IMG/VR virus record: IMGVR_UViG_3300031555_005587
Coordinates: 1-64,000 of that record
Source of the DNA: an uncultured virus (IMG/VR IMGVR_UViG_3300031555_005587)
Taxonomy: Duplodnaviria; Heunggongvirae; Uroviricota; Caudoviricetes
Length of the DNA stretch: 64,000 nt
Direction: 5' to 3' (one strand)
Below, piece by piece: positions 9,820 through 19,101 of the stretch (positions within the stretch are counted from its first letter, which is position 1; every line of letters begins with the position of its first letter). A program made the position numbers and the translations under genes. The notes below the pieces were generated by a model. That model saw only the letters and a list, made by a program, of their open reading frames with translations. It searched no databases and was not told where the DNA came from.

Positions 9820-10513
9820 TTTCTGACTTCATAAATGTTTCTAATGAGTCTTTAACAACTTTCTCAATATTCTTTGATAAAGTATATGTGAAATCTTTTT
9901 CAGTATAAGATCTAGCACATTCAAAAACCCCATGTTTCACTAGTTCAGAAATTTCTTCTGGATGTTCTTTGATATAATTATTTGCGACTGTTTCCAAAGA
10001 CCATTGAATTGAACGTGCAAATGATTTTTGATCTTCGTCATTCACTGCAGGTAATTCCATATTGATAACTTTCTTAAAGATTACTAAGAAATCTTCTTGA
10101 TATTTGTCACCTAATCTATTGGCATAATCTTTTACAACTTCATACAGAATCTGTTGAGTAATACTGCCGTGACCATAATCAATTCTGTTTTGAAGGATTT
10201 CATCAACAAATGTTTCAATCTTACATTCGAATATTCTTTTAGCAATACTCTTCATTTCTTGTACACTGAGATAGTTAGTGATATCAAATGGAGCTTCAAG
10301 ATTAATACTACCTGGACAATATTCTCTACAATCTTCAGATTGTACGGTTATAATTAATTTATTTTCAGAATCTTCATCACTATCATCAATGATCATATCA
10401 TAGTCAATTAAACCACAAGGAAGCTGTTTGATTTCTTTAATTTCCCCAATACATCCTCTGTATTTACCTCTTGTGATGAGAAGTTTGTTTCCAACATGTG
10501 TAATAGCAGCCAT
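9800..10513 (-). CDS. Hypothetical protein with KOW/SH3-like N-terminus
   Basis: Probable start MAAITHVGNKLLITRGKYRGCIGEI at 10513 after AAGGAGG. The ORF-track extension to 10636 overlaps the upstream gene. Confidence 0.65.
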   Translation of the reverse strand: MAAITHVGNKLLITRGKYRGCIGEIKEIKQLPCGLIDYDMIIDDSDEDSENKLIITVQSEDCREYCPGSINLEAPFDITNYLSVQEMKSIAKRIFECKIETFVDEILQNRIDYGHGSITQQILYEVVKDYANRLGDKYQEDFLVIFKKVINMELPAVNDEDQKSFARSIQWSLETVANNYIKEHPEEISELVKHGVFECARSYTEKDFTYTLSKNIEKVVKDSLETFMKSESEEKND

Positions 10514-10532
10514 AACTAATAATCCTCCTTTA

Positions 10533-10859
10533 TTATGAATAAAATGCAGTAGAATAAAAGTGAATAATTTTGCCTTTAGCTTTAGCATATTCAACTTCTC
10601 TGCGAGTATCATCACCAATATAACCACCGACATCAATTACATATACAATATCGCTCATATCAATTTTCTTATCATGAACATCATGGAGATATTGAATTTC
10701 TTCATCTGTAAATTTTTCAATGTCTTCTTTATTGAAAGAGAAGTTTGGTGTAAAAACAATTTTAAATTCTTTTTGAAGTCGATTATATTCTTTCATAATA
10801 GTATCGAAGAATCTTCTGCTTCCGCATAATGTAATCACTTCATGTTTTGATGTGCTCAT
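10533..10859 (-). CDS. Small Rossmann-like phage protein (nucleoside deoxyribosyltransferase/DUF4406-like)
   Basis: VITLCGS...KIDMSDIVYVIDVGGYIGDDTRREVEYAKAKGK pattern. Confidence 0.55.
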   Translation of the reverse strand: MSTSKHEVITLCGSRRFFDTIMKEYNRLQKEFKIVFTPNFSFNKEDIEKFTDEEIQYLHDVHDKKIDMSDIVYVIDVGGYIGDDTRREVEYAKAKGKIIHFYSTAFYS

Positions 10860-10940
10860 ATAAATAGCCCTCCTATGTTATAAAATTTATTCAAGATAGT
10901 AAAGCAAACGTCATAATATAATTTAAGTCAAAGAAAGAAG

Positions 10941-12131
10941 GTGAATGTTATGAATATCACAATGGATCAATATTTAGGTCTTACACATTTAGAACAGTGG
11001 TATCGTAAATATAATCATCAATTTATTGAAATATCTGGAGTTATTGGAACAGGAGTATGGCAGATTGTCCAGAGATTCATTGATGATTTTGGATTTGATC
11101 CAAGGGAAATAATGTACCTAAGTTATGACCAAAAACAAGTATTGGAACTTGCTGCAAAACGTTATCATGCGTACTATCTTAATGGAATAATATATAAGTA
11201 TCACAGAGTTGTGAATTTAGATTCATTGCCGGTAATCAATCCTAACTCAAATGAAATCGAATATACATGGAAAAAAGAAGTACGTAAAAAGATTGATGAA
11301 AAATATAAACTAATAATCGTATTCGATTCAGTATTAATGAACCATGAGACATTAAGAGATTTAGGATCGTTCGGATTGCCTGTGATTCTTATAAGAGATC
11401 CAGCTTTAATACCATCCCCAGATTCATTTACTTATATACGAGAGCCTAATATAATATTAAATGAATTGAATGCTGATCTTATTCGTAATCCGATTGTATA
11501 TTTTGCAAATAAAGTATTACGAGGAGATAGAATTGATTTAGGTAACTATGATACAGTATCAGTAGTTCCACGAAAGCAATTAAATCTTTATAATTTAAAA
11601 TCTTCAGAAATGGTAATTACTTTGAGTGATGAACTTAGTAAAACTATGAATACTATTTATAGAGAAAAAGTAATGCATTTAAAGGATACTAAGAATATAG
11701 CTGGTGAAAGAGTAATTGTTATGAACAACATGTATGCTCATAAACTGGTCAATGAAGATGAGAAGAAAATTAAAGTTTATCTGACAAAAGGAACTGTTGG
11801 AACTATTAGTAAATGTAATAAACATGCTGAAATCACTAGATTCGTACCTATTGATTTCAAGACTGAATTTTATCATGAACCATTTACTGAGTTAATGATG
11901 GACAGACATTACCTGAACGGGGTAATGACCCCGTCCAGGCAACAAAAACCAGATGAATATATTGAATTACAATATGCATATGCTTTATCAACATCTCTTA
12001 GTAGATTATCTCATTGGGATAAAGTTACTGTCATTGCTGATAACAATGAAGAGTATGATGAAGAAACACAACGAAGATTATTATACAATGCTATTTCACG
12101 AGCGAAACGTTCTATGACATTAGTAATTTAA
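10941..12131 (+). CDS. SF1B (Dda/RecD2-like) helicase homolog with degenerate catalytic motifs
   Basis: ISGVIGTGVW (Walker A lacking K-T), IVFDSVLM, ILIRDPALIP, YAYALSTSLSRLSHWDKV and LLYNAISRAK occur in SF1 motif order. Confidence 0.7.
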   Translation: MNVMNITMDQYLGLTHLEQWYRKYNHQFIEISGVIGTGVWQIVQRFIDDFGFDPREIMYLSYDQKQVLELAAKRYHAYYLNGIIYKYHRVVNLDSLPVINPNSNEIEYTWKKEVRKKIDEKYKLIIVFDSVLMNHETLRDLGSFGLPVILIRDPALIPSPDSFTYIREPNIILNELNADLIRNPIVYFANKVLRGDRIDLGNYDTVSVVPRKQLNLYNLKSSEMVITLSDELSKTMNTIYREKVMHLKDTKNIAGERVIVMNNMYAHKLVNEDEKKIKVYLTKGTVGTISKCNKHAEITRFVPIDFKTEFYHEPFTELMMDRHYLNGVMTPSRQQKPDEYIELQYAYALSTSLSRLSHWDKVTVIADNNEEYDEETQRRLLYNAISRAKRSMTLVI

Positions 12132-13441
12132 TTTTGTTTAGAACATTTCTTCAGAACTATTTGGTGTGATGATTTCATATACTGACCAGACTCTGCCATT
12201 ATAAAATGATACGCATATGCAATACGGTAAGTAAATGAACCGTATTCTCGTTGTTTAGAGGCTTCTTCGAATACTAATTTGTATGTTTTATTTAAAGTGA
12301 ATGCATTTATATCTAAATTTTCTCCACTGATATAAATTACACATTCATTTTCTTCCATACGAGCTTGTAAAATAGATGGTGTATACTTATTGTCATCTTT
12401 ACGTGTATAACGAATATACTCATTTCGTTGATTCATAAAAGACTGATCAGCAGAAGCTGTGTCAATAGTAATATCATCAGTAATAACTACTTTAGCTTCA
12501 CTACCCATTTCTGCATTTTTAGAAATAGATGGTTTTTGTGGACTAACATTTTCTTCAGGTATATCAATATAGAAAACTTTTTCTTCTGGTTTACGTACCA
12601 TACCATTACCTGGTGTAGCTTTATCACGCACTGGAATAAGGAAAGTTGTTTCAGTCCACTCATCTTTTTCTTTAGCAGTAACTTTACCATTGGTATTGAT
12701 GATATAAAGTTTATTCAAATCATAAAATATTGAAGCTCCAAACTTATATAGTCCATAATATTGATCTAAGTATATCAATCCTTTATATGCAGGATTAGAT
12801 GGAACTAATAATTCTTGATATACCTCGTCATTTTCAATTGGACTCATTAAAACTTTTTTATGTCCAGTTTCTGTAAGTAATTCACCTACAATATCTTGAA
12901 GTGGTGCAGAAGTAAATACTTTATTAAAAGTTTTATTTGAAGCATTTAATATTTTTGGATTGAATAGATATATATCAAAAGCCTCTTGAGATGTGAAATA
13001 ATCTTCTCCTTCGAGATCATTAGAATTATATTCAGTACCAGTATCCATTTCCTCAGTTTGTTCCATAGACTTTGTGTCAATAGACTCATCGTCATCATTT
13101 AAATAGATACTAAATTCTATGTTCCAAACCTCTTCTGGTCCTGTTATAATGGTCTCAGCTTCTCTGTCAAGACCAAGTTTATCTAACGCAAATTTTACAG
13201 TGATTTCTCTTTTATTTTTGATGACCCACAATTTATGTTTAGTATCCATACGTAGTTTGACCTTTAATATGGATCTAATATTAAATTCGAAATCATCGAG
13301 TTTTTCAATTGATAAAATATTAGTGAAATCTAATTCAAATTTTTCAGTACCTTTAGCAAGTATTAACATTGGTACATTATATTTACAAAGAAATACAGAG
13401 TCTTCTTTTTCATTAACTAATTCTTTTATAGCCATAAACAA
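12128..13441 (-). CDS. Putative virion/baseplate structural protein
   Basis: 437-aa ORF with RBS AAAGGAGG; beta-rich composition. Assignment is mainly by context. Confidence 0.4.
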   Translation of the reverse strand: MFMAIKELVNEKEDSVFLCKYNVPMLILAKGTEKFELDFTNILSIEKLDDFEFNIRSILKVKLRMDTKHKLWVIKNKREITVKFALDKLGLDREAETIITGPEEVWNIEFSIYLNDDDESIDTKSMEQTEEMDTGTEYNSNDLEGEDYFTSQEAFDIYLFNPKILNASNKTFNKVFTSAPLQDIVGELLTETGHKKVLMSPIENDEVYQELLVPSNPAYKGLIYLDQYYGLYKFGASIFYDLNKLYIINTNGKVTAKEKDEWTETTFLIPVRDKATPGNGMVRKPEEKVFYIDIPEENVSPQKPSISKNAEMGSEAKVVITDDITIDTASADQSFMNQRNEYIRYTRKDDNKYTPSILQARMEENECVIYISGENLDINAFTLNKTYKLVFEEASKQREYGSFTYRIAYAYHFIMAESGQYMKSSHQIVLKKCSKQN

Positions 13442-13526
13442 TAAACCTCCTTTAAATTAGGGGATAAATAATACTATTGATTAACTTAAGTTAAATATAA
13501 AGTAACATAGAAAGGAATGAGATAAA

Positions 13527-14477
13527 ATGTCTAAATTAATTCGAATGAAAGATAAAGTATCTACAATCGATGACAAGCAAATTGGCGGATTACGTGGTGA
13601 AGTTATTTTTGGTATCGGACGTCATGATGTTCATTATACTGATCCATATGGTAACCCAGCAGTGAGATCAGAATTTGAAAAGGAACTATTTAGAAGTGAA
13701 AATATTGTTCCTATTGGGGGTTATCAATTTGCCTTCGATAAACTGTTCAATATTGGATTAGATCAGAATACTACTTTACGAGTAGGAGATCTCAATGATG
13801 AAGCTCCTCAAATGAAAATTGGTGTTCCAAGAGGTAGATATAAATCTATCCACTACAATGCTGAAACTAATATTGGGGGAACAGAAAATCTTCCAAAAAA
13901 CGGTGGAATTAACATTTCTGCGATGAATTTTGTATTTGGTTTCATGATTGGTGACGGTGGATGTAGAGAAGACAATATCACTCCTATTGCTCCTGATTAT
14001 AAAAATAGATCTTTGTATAGACCTATTCCATTTAGAATGAGCAATGATGGTTATCCATTTCCAAGAGGTAAATATTTTGGCAAATCAGATCTTTATAGTA
14101 ATAACTCAAATATTATCACTTCATATTATGTAAAGAAATTTGATAATCCAGATCCTCATATTGTTCATGTTTGGGTTACTAATCGTAATGGTGAAATGGA
14201 AATTGTTGATGATACAGTATTTTCCTCTACATCTAGTGCAGCGATTGAATCATATGTAGAAATGAATTTTTCTATTGATGAAAATGATTGTAGAGGTTTC
14301 TTTACCACTACAGATAGTACTCCTAGAGTAAGTGAATTGGCTCTTGTATCTGGTTGGTACAACTCAGAAGAAGATGATTATGAATCATTAAGAATTTTTA
14401 CTAAATATACTCGTCCAGTTATTGCATTAGCTGAAGGAGATTCAATTGAAGGTATTTATCGTCTTTATGCAAGATAA
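13527..14477 (+). CDS. Putative virion structural (baseplate/tail-associated) protein
   Basis: 316 aa. FMIGDGG...LYRPIPFR and terminal SELALVSG...IEGIYRLY resemble jumbo-phage baseplate/fibre-attachment proteins (recollection, unverified). Confidence 0.45.
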   Translation: MSKLIRMKDKVSTIDDKQIGGLRGEVIFGIGRHDVHYTDPYGNPAVRSEFEKELFRSENIVPIGGYQFAFDKLFNIGLDQNTTLRVGDLNDEAPQMKIGVPRGRYKSIHYNAETNIGGTENLPKNGGINISAMNFVFGFMIGDGGCREDNITPIAPDYKNRSLYRPIPFRMSNDGYPFPRGKYFGKSDLYSNNSNIITSYYVKKFDNPDPHIVHVWVTNRNGEMEIVDDTVFSSTSSAAIESYVEMNFSIDENDCRGFFTTTDSTPRVSELALVSGWYNSEEDDYESLRIFTKYTRPVIALAEGDSIEGIYRLYAR

Positions 14478-14600
14478 TATAAAGGAATGGGGCTGTTTTA
14501 GCCCCATTCCTTTTGTCATTTATTCAATAAAAAGTGGTTAACGTTTGAATAAAGGAATATCCTGATTGTTACAAAAATAAAGAAAAGGAGATGAGAAGAT

Positions 14601-15218
14601 ATGACACGTCCAAAAAATAAATCGTTTATAAATATTGAAACGATTCTAATTTTATCAATTGCAATCTGTATCATATTCCTCAATAGTTACACTACTACTA
14701 AAATTGCTCAATTAGAACAAGCAGGTACTGAAGCAATGTTCATTAAAGAGGGTCTTGAATTCCCAGAAAGTCAAGAACTCGAAAGTGAAATTATTAAATA
14801 CCGACCTGATGGGTGTAAAATGATTGAAATGTATAATGATGAATTTGAATTAATGTTTGCAATTCAATTTGATCAAGGTTATCATGAACATGACACTGAT
14901 ATTACACAATACTCAGAAATGATTGAGATTCTAAGTAGTAACAAAGAGGGTCAAACATCAATTAACCATGATGATTATGAAGAAGAAGTTTATTTTCAAT
15001 GGGTGACAAATGATGTCGGAGAAGATAGACTTGTAATTGTCTATAGTACGAAAGATAATGTAGAAAACATATGGGTATTTTCACTAGTATGTTATCTAGT
15101 ACTTATTCTGGTATTTGCATTACTAATTAGACTACATCTGAAAGAATACAATGCCAAAATTAATCACTATAAACAAATATCTAGCAATGCTATAGATGAG
15201 GTTAATAGAAAACATTAA
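14601..15218 (+). CDS. Two-TM membrane protein with extracytoplasmic domain
   Basis: Hydrophobic segments ILILSIAICIIFL and IWVFSLVCYLVLILVFALLI flank a ~130-aa acidic domain. Paralog of the next gene. Confidence 0.7.
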   Translation: MTRPKNKSFINIETILILSIAICIIFLNSYTTTKIAQLEQAGTEAMFIKEGLEFPESQELESEIIKYRPDGCKMIEMYNDEFELMFAIQFDQGYHEHDTDITQYSEMIEILSSNKEGQTSINHDDYEEEVYFQWVTNDVGEDRLVIVYSTKDNVENIWVFSLVCYLVLILVFALLIRLHLKEYNAKINHYKQISSNAIDEVNRKH

Positions 15219-15243
15219 AATTTCATCGAGGGGAGATATTTGT

Positions 15244-15888
15244 ATGAAGATTAATAAACCGAAATTCAATTTTAAAGATAAATTCAAATGGATACGTTAT
15301 GAAGTATTTCTGATGATTGCAATCATACTTGGTTTAATGTATATGAATCTATATGAGAATATGGTACACCATAATACATTTCTTAGTGTTTCACCAGATA
15401 CTGTTAATATTGCTATTCTTCATAATTCTGAAGATGCACGAGTGTTTGCTGAACAAGGATGGCCAATTATAGAATTCCCTCTAGATGCAACTCAATTTAT
15501 CACATTATATGATGAAAATCAAAATGAAATATCACAAATTATTCTTGGGGATATTTTCAATCTATATAATGATATTGATGGATTACAAAACTGGTGGGAT
15601 ATATTTGAAAGAAATGAATATGGATACATAAATCTCAGTTCAATGGGTTCAAATATGATAGTTAATTATCAATGGATACATTTTGATGATACATCCTATT
15701 TGTTAGTATATAATACAGATATTTCCATGAAAAACATGTTAAATGCATTTAACATTGTTTCATATGCAACTATCATTCTTTCCTTCATAGCGTTGGTGAG
15801 TGCAATATATTGGAGATATCATGGATTAACAAATACTTACAAGAAATTGAATGAAGAAGTTCAAAAAATCATTCACCAACGAGAATAA
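15244..15888 (+). CDS. Two-TM membrane protein, paralog of 14601..15218
   Basis: Same topology and shared YxQW...lvY...F.lV.Y..iil pattern. Start MKINKPK follows a G/A-rich RBS. Confidence 0.7.
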   Translation: MKINKPKFNFKDKFKWIRYEVFLMIAIILGLMYMNLYENMVHHNTFLSVSPDTVNIAILHNSEDARVFAEQGWPIIEFPLDATQFITLYDENQNEISQIILGDIFNLYNDIDGLQNWWDIFERNEYGYINLSSMGSNMIVNYQWIHFDDTSYLLVYNTDISMKNMLNAFNIVSYATIILSFIALVSAIYWRYHGLTNTYKKLNEEVQKIIHQRE

Positions 15889-15929
15889 TGTAATAGATAT
15901 TCAACCATAGGAAGGAGGACTGATGCATT

Positions 15930-16337
15930 GTGGATCAATATCTATCAACAGTTATTATTGCAATAATAACAGGTGTTTTTTCTGTGATCACATTATTGAT
16001 ACAAAAGAAACAAGATAAAGTGATTAGTAAAATCGATGAACAAACATTATTCATTGAACGAGAAAAAGCACTTAAACAAAAATTAACAAAAAAGGAGACA
16101 GAACGTGAAACATTAATTCATGAAATTATGATTCTCATTCTTGACACTAATTTATATATCATGAAAAACACCAATGCAGGTGGTGATGTAACACCTACAG
16201 ATGAAACCATGAAAGCTTCTGAGGATTTGAAGAATCGATTCAACTCCGTGTCAGATGAAATTGATGAACTCACGAAGGAATATGAAATGATTCTTGATCT
16301 CAGTAAAGAATATCAAAAAGAAGTCAAGAAGCATTAA
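15930..16337 (+). CDS. Single-TM coiled-coil protein, holin-like
   Basis: N-terminal STVIIAIITGVFSVITLLI followed by a charged coiled coil; GTG start with RBS AGGAGG. Confidence 0.45.
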   Translation: MDQYLSTVIIAIITGVFSVITLLIQKKQDKVISKIDEQTLFIEREKALKQKLTKKETERETLIHEIMILILDTNLYIMKNTNAGGDVTPTDETMKASEDLKNRFNSVSDEIDELTKEYEMILDLSKEYQKEVKKH

Positions 16338-16550
16338 CCTCCTTTAAAGTCTATCAAATGTGTAAAGGTAGGGATAATCCCTACCTTTACACATTTCTCA
16401 TTTATATATTATAGACTAAATGACTGGTAAAATATATAACTTTCACCTTTGTATTGATAAATTAAAAGTTATTTGATTATCTACTATGAGGGTAAAGTTG
16501 TGTAGCAACTGGTGATTTGCAAAAATATTATATTAAAGGAGGATTTACCC

Positions 16551-17120
16551 ATGAAGACGGTAAACGAAACACTAAGCAAGGTAAAAGGTAGCGACAAAGT
16601 TAATGACATTCTTACAGGCAAAGGCAGCTTCTCTCAGGCAGGATTTAGTGATCTTGTAAATGCAATGGTTAATGATACTACATTCAAGGTTACTACTTAT
16701 GGCAAGGATGGTAAGGCCAATGGAGAACTCTCTATCAGTGAAATGATTAGAGATGACTTGAAGAAGACTCTTGACAAGGCTAAGTATCCTCAGAAGTCTG
16801 AAGCTGATGTACTTAACAATTGTGAGATTGTTACAAACGGACTTGCAAAGGCTATTCCTCAGATTGTAATGCAGCAGCTTGCATGCGGTAAGAAGTTTGA
16901 TCTTCCTACTCAGGAAAAGATGGTAGGTAGTATCTATCTTGCTAATAATCCTGGTAAGGTTAAGGATGTACAGATTCGTGATCCTAAGACTCAGGAAAAT
17001 CTTGGTACAGCTACAATTACAACTCAGGATTCTATTCAGGTTCGTGTTAAGAGTCCTGTACCTCAGCATCTTTCCACAAAGGTTCGTAAGGATGTAAATG
17101 GTAAGGTAGTAAATCAGTAA
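16551..17120 (+). CDS. Divergent HU/IHF-like DNA-binding protein
   Basis: LACGKKFDLP...VGSIYL...IRDPKTQE parallels HU La.GekV.l..FGtF...gRNP.TGE. Basic protein, strong AAG/CAG codon bias, RBS AAAGGAGG. Confidence 0.45.
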   Translation: MKTVNETLSKVKGSDKVNDILTGKGSFSQAGFSDLVNAMVNDTTFKVTTYGKDGKANGELSISEMIRDDLKKTLDKAKYPQKSEADVLNNCEIVTNGLAKAIPQIVMQQLACGKKFDLPTQEKMVGSIYLANNPGKVKDVQIRDPKTQENLGTATITTQDSIQVRVKSPVPQHLSTKVRKDVNGKVVNQ

Positions 17121-17323
17121 TTAATCAGCATCATTAAAATACAGAGGATCCCATTCATGGGATCCTCTGTATTATTTGTTTCATGTAATATTGACATTAA
17201 TTGTTTTATAAAATTATTTTTAGTTACATGAATATACTAAAATGATAAAAGTTGCTCTATATGAGCAATGGTGAAATTTATAAGGCGTTTTTTTAATAAA
17301 AACTATTTTAGGAGGACAATCCG

Positions 17324-18112
17324 ATGTATATTGATAATCAAAATAATTTTATGAGACGTTTAATGATAATACTAATGGTCCATTTTATTATGACATTTAT
17401 ACTTGTATATGGACCAATATATTCAAATGTAACTCAGCATACTGCAATGGTTGTAAATGCTGCTGGAAATAATATTGAATATAACGGTGTTGAATATACT
17501 AATATTAATACACTAACTGAGGAACCTGCCATTGAAACTGTTACAATACTTTTATCAATGTCTGGAAGTATTACATATGAAAGTTCAATAGTAGAAGAAA
17601 TTTCTGAACCAGTAGAAATTATTGAAACACCACCTGTAGTGGAAATCGCTTCTGAATCTGAGGAAATGTCCATAATGGAGAAAACTATAGTTGATGAAGT
17701 TATCGAGGAAGAAACAACTCCAGAATTATCATATAACTTTAGTGAAGTTCCATTAAGTGAAGGAGATTTAGAAGCAGTAATTAATAATTGTGAAAACTTT
17801 GGTATACCAATACCTATTGCTTTAGGTCTTATAGATGTCGAATCTGATTTTAATACAACTGCAGTATCATCTAGTGGATGTTATGGTTTGATGCAACTAC
17901 ATCCAAAATATTTTGACACAAGTACTTCTACTCAACAACAAATCCATGACGGATTCGAATATCTATCATCACATTATAAAAAGTATGAAGACTGGATTTC
18001 TGCTCTTAATTGTTACAATGCAGGTCATTACACAGGAGATACCAAATATCCAAATAAAGTAATGAGAGATGCTGAAAAATGGTCTGAAATAACTGGAATT
18101 CCAATAGAGTAA
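17324..18112 (+). CDS. Membrane-anchored SLT-family lytic transglycosylase
   Basis: N-terminal TM, acidic linker, then ALGLIDVESDFNTTAVSSSGCYGLMQL and ALNCYNAG. Confidence 0.85.
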   Translation: MYIDNQNNFMRRLMIILMVHFIMTFILVYGPIYSNVTQHTAMVVNAAGNNIEYNGVEYTNINTLTEEPAIETVTILLSMSGSITYESSIVEEISEPVEIIETPPVVEIASESEEMSIMEKTIVDEVIEEETTPELSYNFSEVPLSEGDLEAVINNCENFGIPIPIALGLIDVESDFNTTAVSSSGCYGLMQLHPKYFDTSTSTQQQIHDGFEYLSSHYKKYEDWISALNCYNAGHYTGDTKYPNKVMRDAEKWSEITGIPIE

Positions 18113-18145
18113 TAAAATCATAAACAATAAATCAAAGGAGGTTTA

Positions 18146-18388
18146 TTGTTTATGGACGCACACGATATCGAAATTCTAAAAGAATTTTTCAAAACAGAAC
18201 CTATTCGTACCAGAGGAACTGCGGAAGGTATTATCGTAAAAGGGAGAAGAAAACAAATTAAAATTTACGATGGTCGAAATGGAACATACCAGATCCAAGC
18301 TTTTAAAAACGGATCAACAATTCCATATCTTGTAGATGAAATACCTACGTATTCTCTTAGAGAATATATTGCCCGCTTGTATGAATAA
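18146..18388 (+). CDS. Small hypothetical protein
   Basis: 80 aa, RBS AAAGGAGGT. Confidence 0.65.
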   Translation: MFMDAHDIEILKEFFKTEPIRTRGTAEGIIVKGRRKQIKIYDGRNGTYQIQAFKNGSTIPYLVDEIPTYSLREYIARLYE

Positions 18389-18406
18389 AAAGAAAGGTGA
18401 AAACAT

Positions 18407-18562
18407 ATGAACGAACACCGAGATGAATTAAAATTTCCTTGTACATATAATGAAAATAAACTTACAACAGTTTCGTTATGTATGAGATGTAAAGAATCTA
18501 ACAATTGCGATTTATATGCAACAATGTTAGATGAAGCAGAAGAATATAATAAAGATGAATAA
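18407..18562 (+). CDS. Small four-Cys protein (51 aa), below the ORF-track cutoff
   Basis: MNEHRDELKFPCTYNENKLTTVSLCMRCKESNNCDLYATMLDEAEEYNKDE; RBS AAAGGTG; ends at a hairpin (18560-18600). Confidence 0.6.
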   Translation: MNEHRDELKFPCTYNENKLTTVSLCMRCKESNNCDLYATMLDEAEEYNKDE

Positions 18563-18601
18563 AAAATAATGGTGGGCGTTATACCCACCATTATTTTTTA
18601 T

Positions 18602-18955
18602 TCATCTATCGTCATCTTTATCTTTTGATTTATGACAACTTCCACCTACAAAGATTCCCAACGCAAATGCTCCAACAATTCCAGCAATAGCGAAGTTACG
18701 ATTTCTAACGTTATTCTCGTATACACGATTTAACATTAAACCAAATTCGTCATTGTTATTCGAAGGGAACAAATCCGTAGAAATTGCAATTACATCAGGA
18801 GCTTTCTCTTGTAGAGATTCTGAAGAATGAGGTTGGTATACAGTTGCCATAACTCGATTCAGATTTTTTCTACTAGGTGGTAGACCTTTTGTAACATAAT
18901 CTACTATGTCATATTGGGTTTCGTATACTACGTTTTCTGGTTTTACTAATAACAT
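18602..18955 (-). CDS. Small protein with C-terminal TM helix
   Basis: Probable start MLLVKPEN after AAGGAGGT; hydrophobic FAIAGIVGAFALGIFVGG. Confidence 0.65.
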   Translation of the reverse strand: MLLVKPENVVYETQYDIVDYVTKGLPPSRKNLNRVMATVYQPHSSESLQEKAPDVIAISTDLFPSNNNDEFGLMLNRVYENNVRNRNFAIAGIVGAFALGIFVGGSCHKSKDKDDDR

Positions 18956-19101
18956 ATTATTTACCTCCTTATATGTGTTTTGAAGATAATTATTAATCTT
19001 CTTATTCGTATAATATATCATCTTAGCATTACCATAAACGTATATGGTAGAACGGAATTAATAAAGATATATCGTAATAAACATAAGGAGGCTTCAGGAT
19101 T

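Noticed and set aside
11912..11939. GC-rich imperfect hairpin inside the pseudo-helicase gene
   Set aside because: A single instance with a mismatch and no U-tract; no role can be supported.
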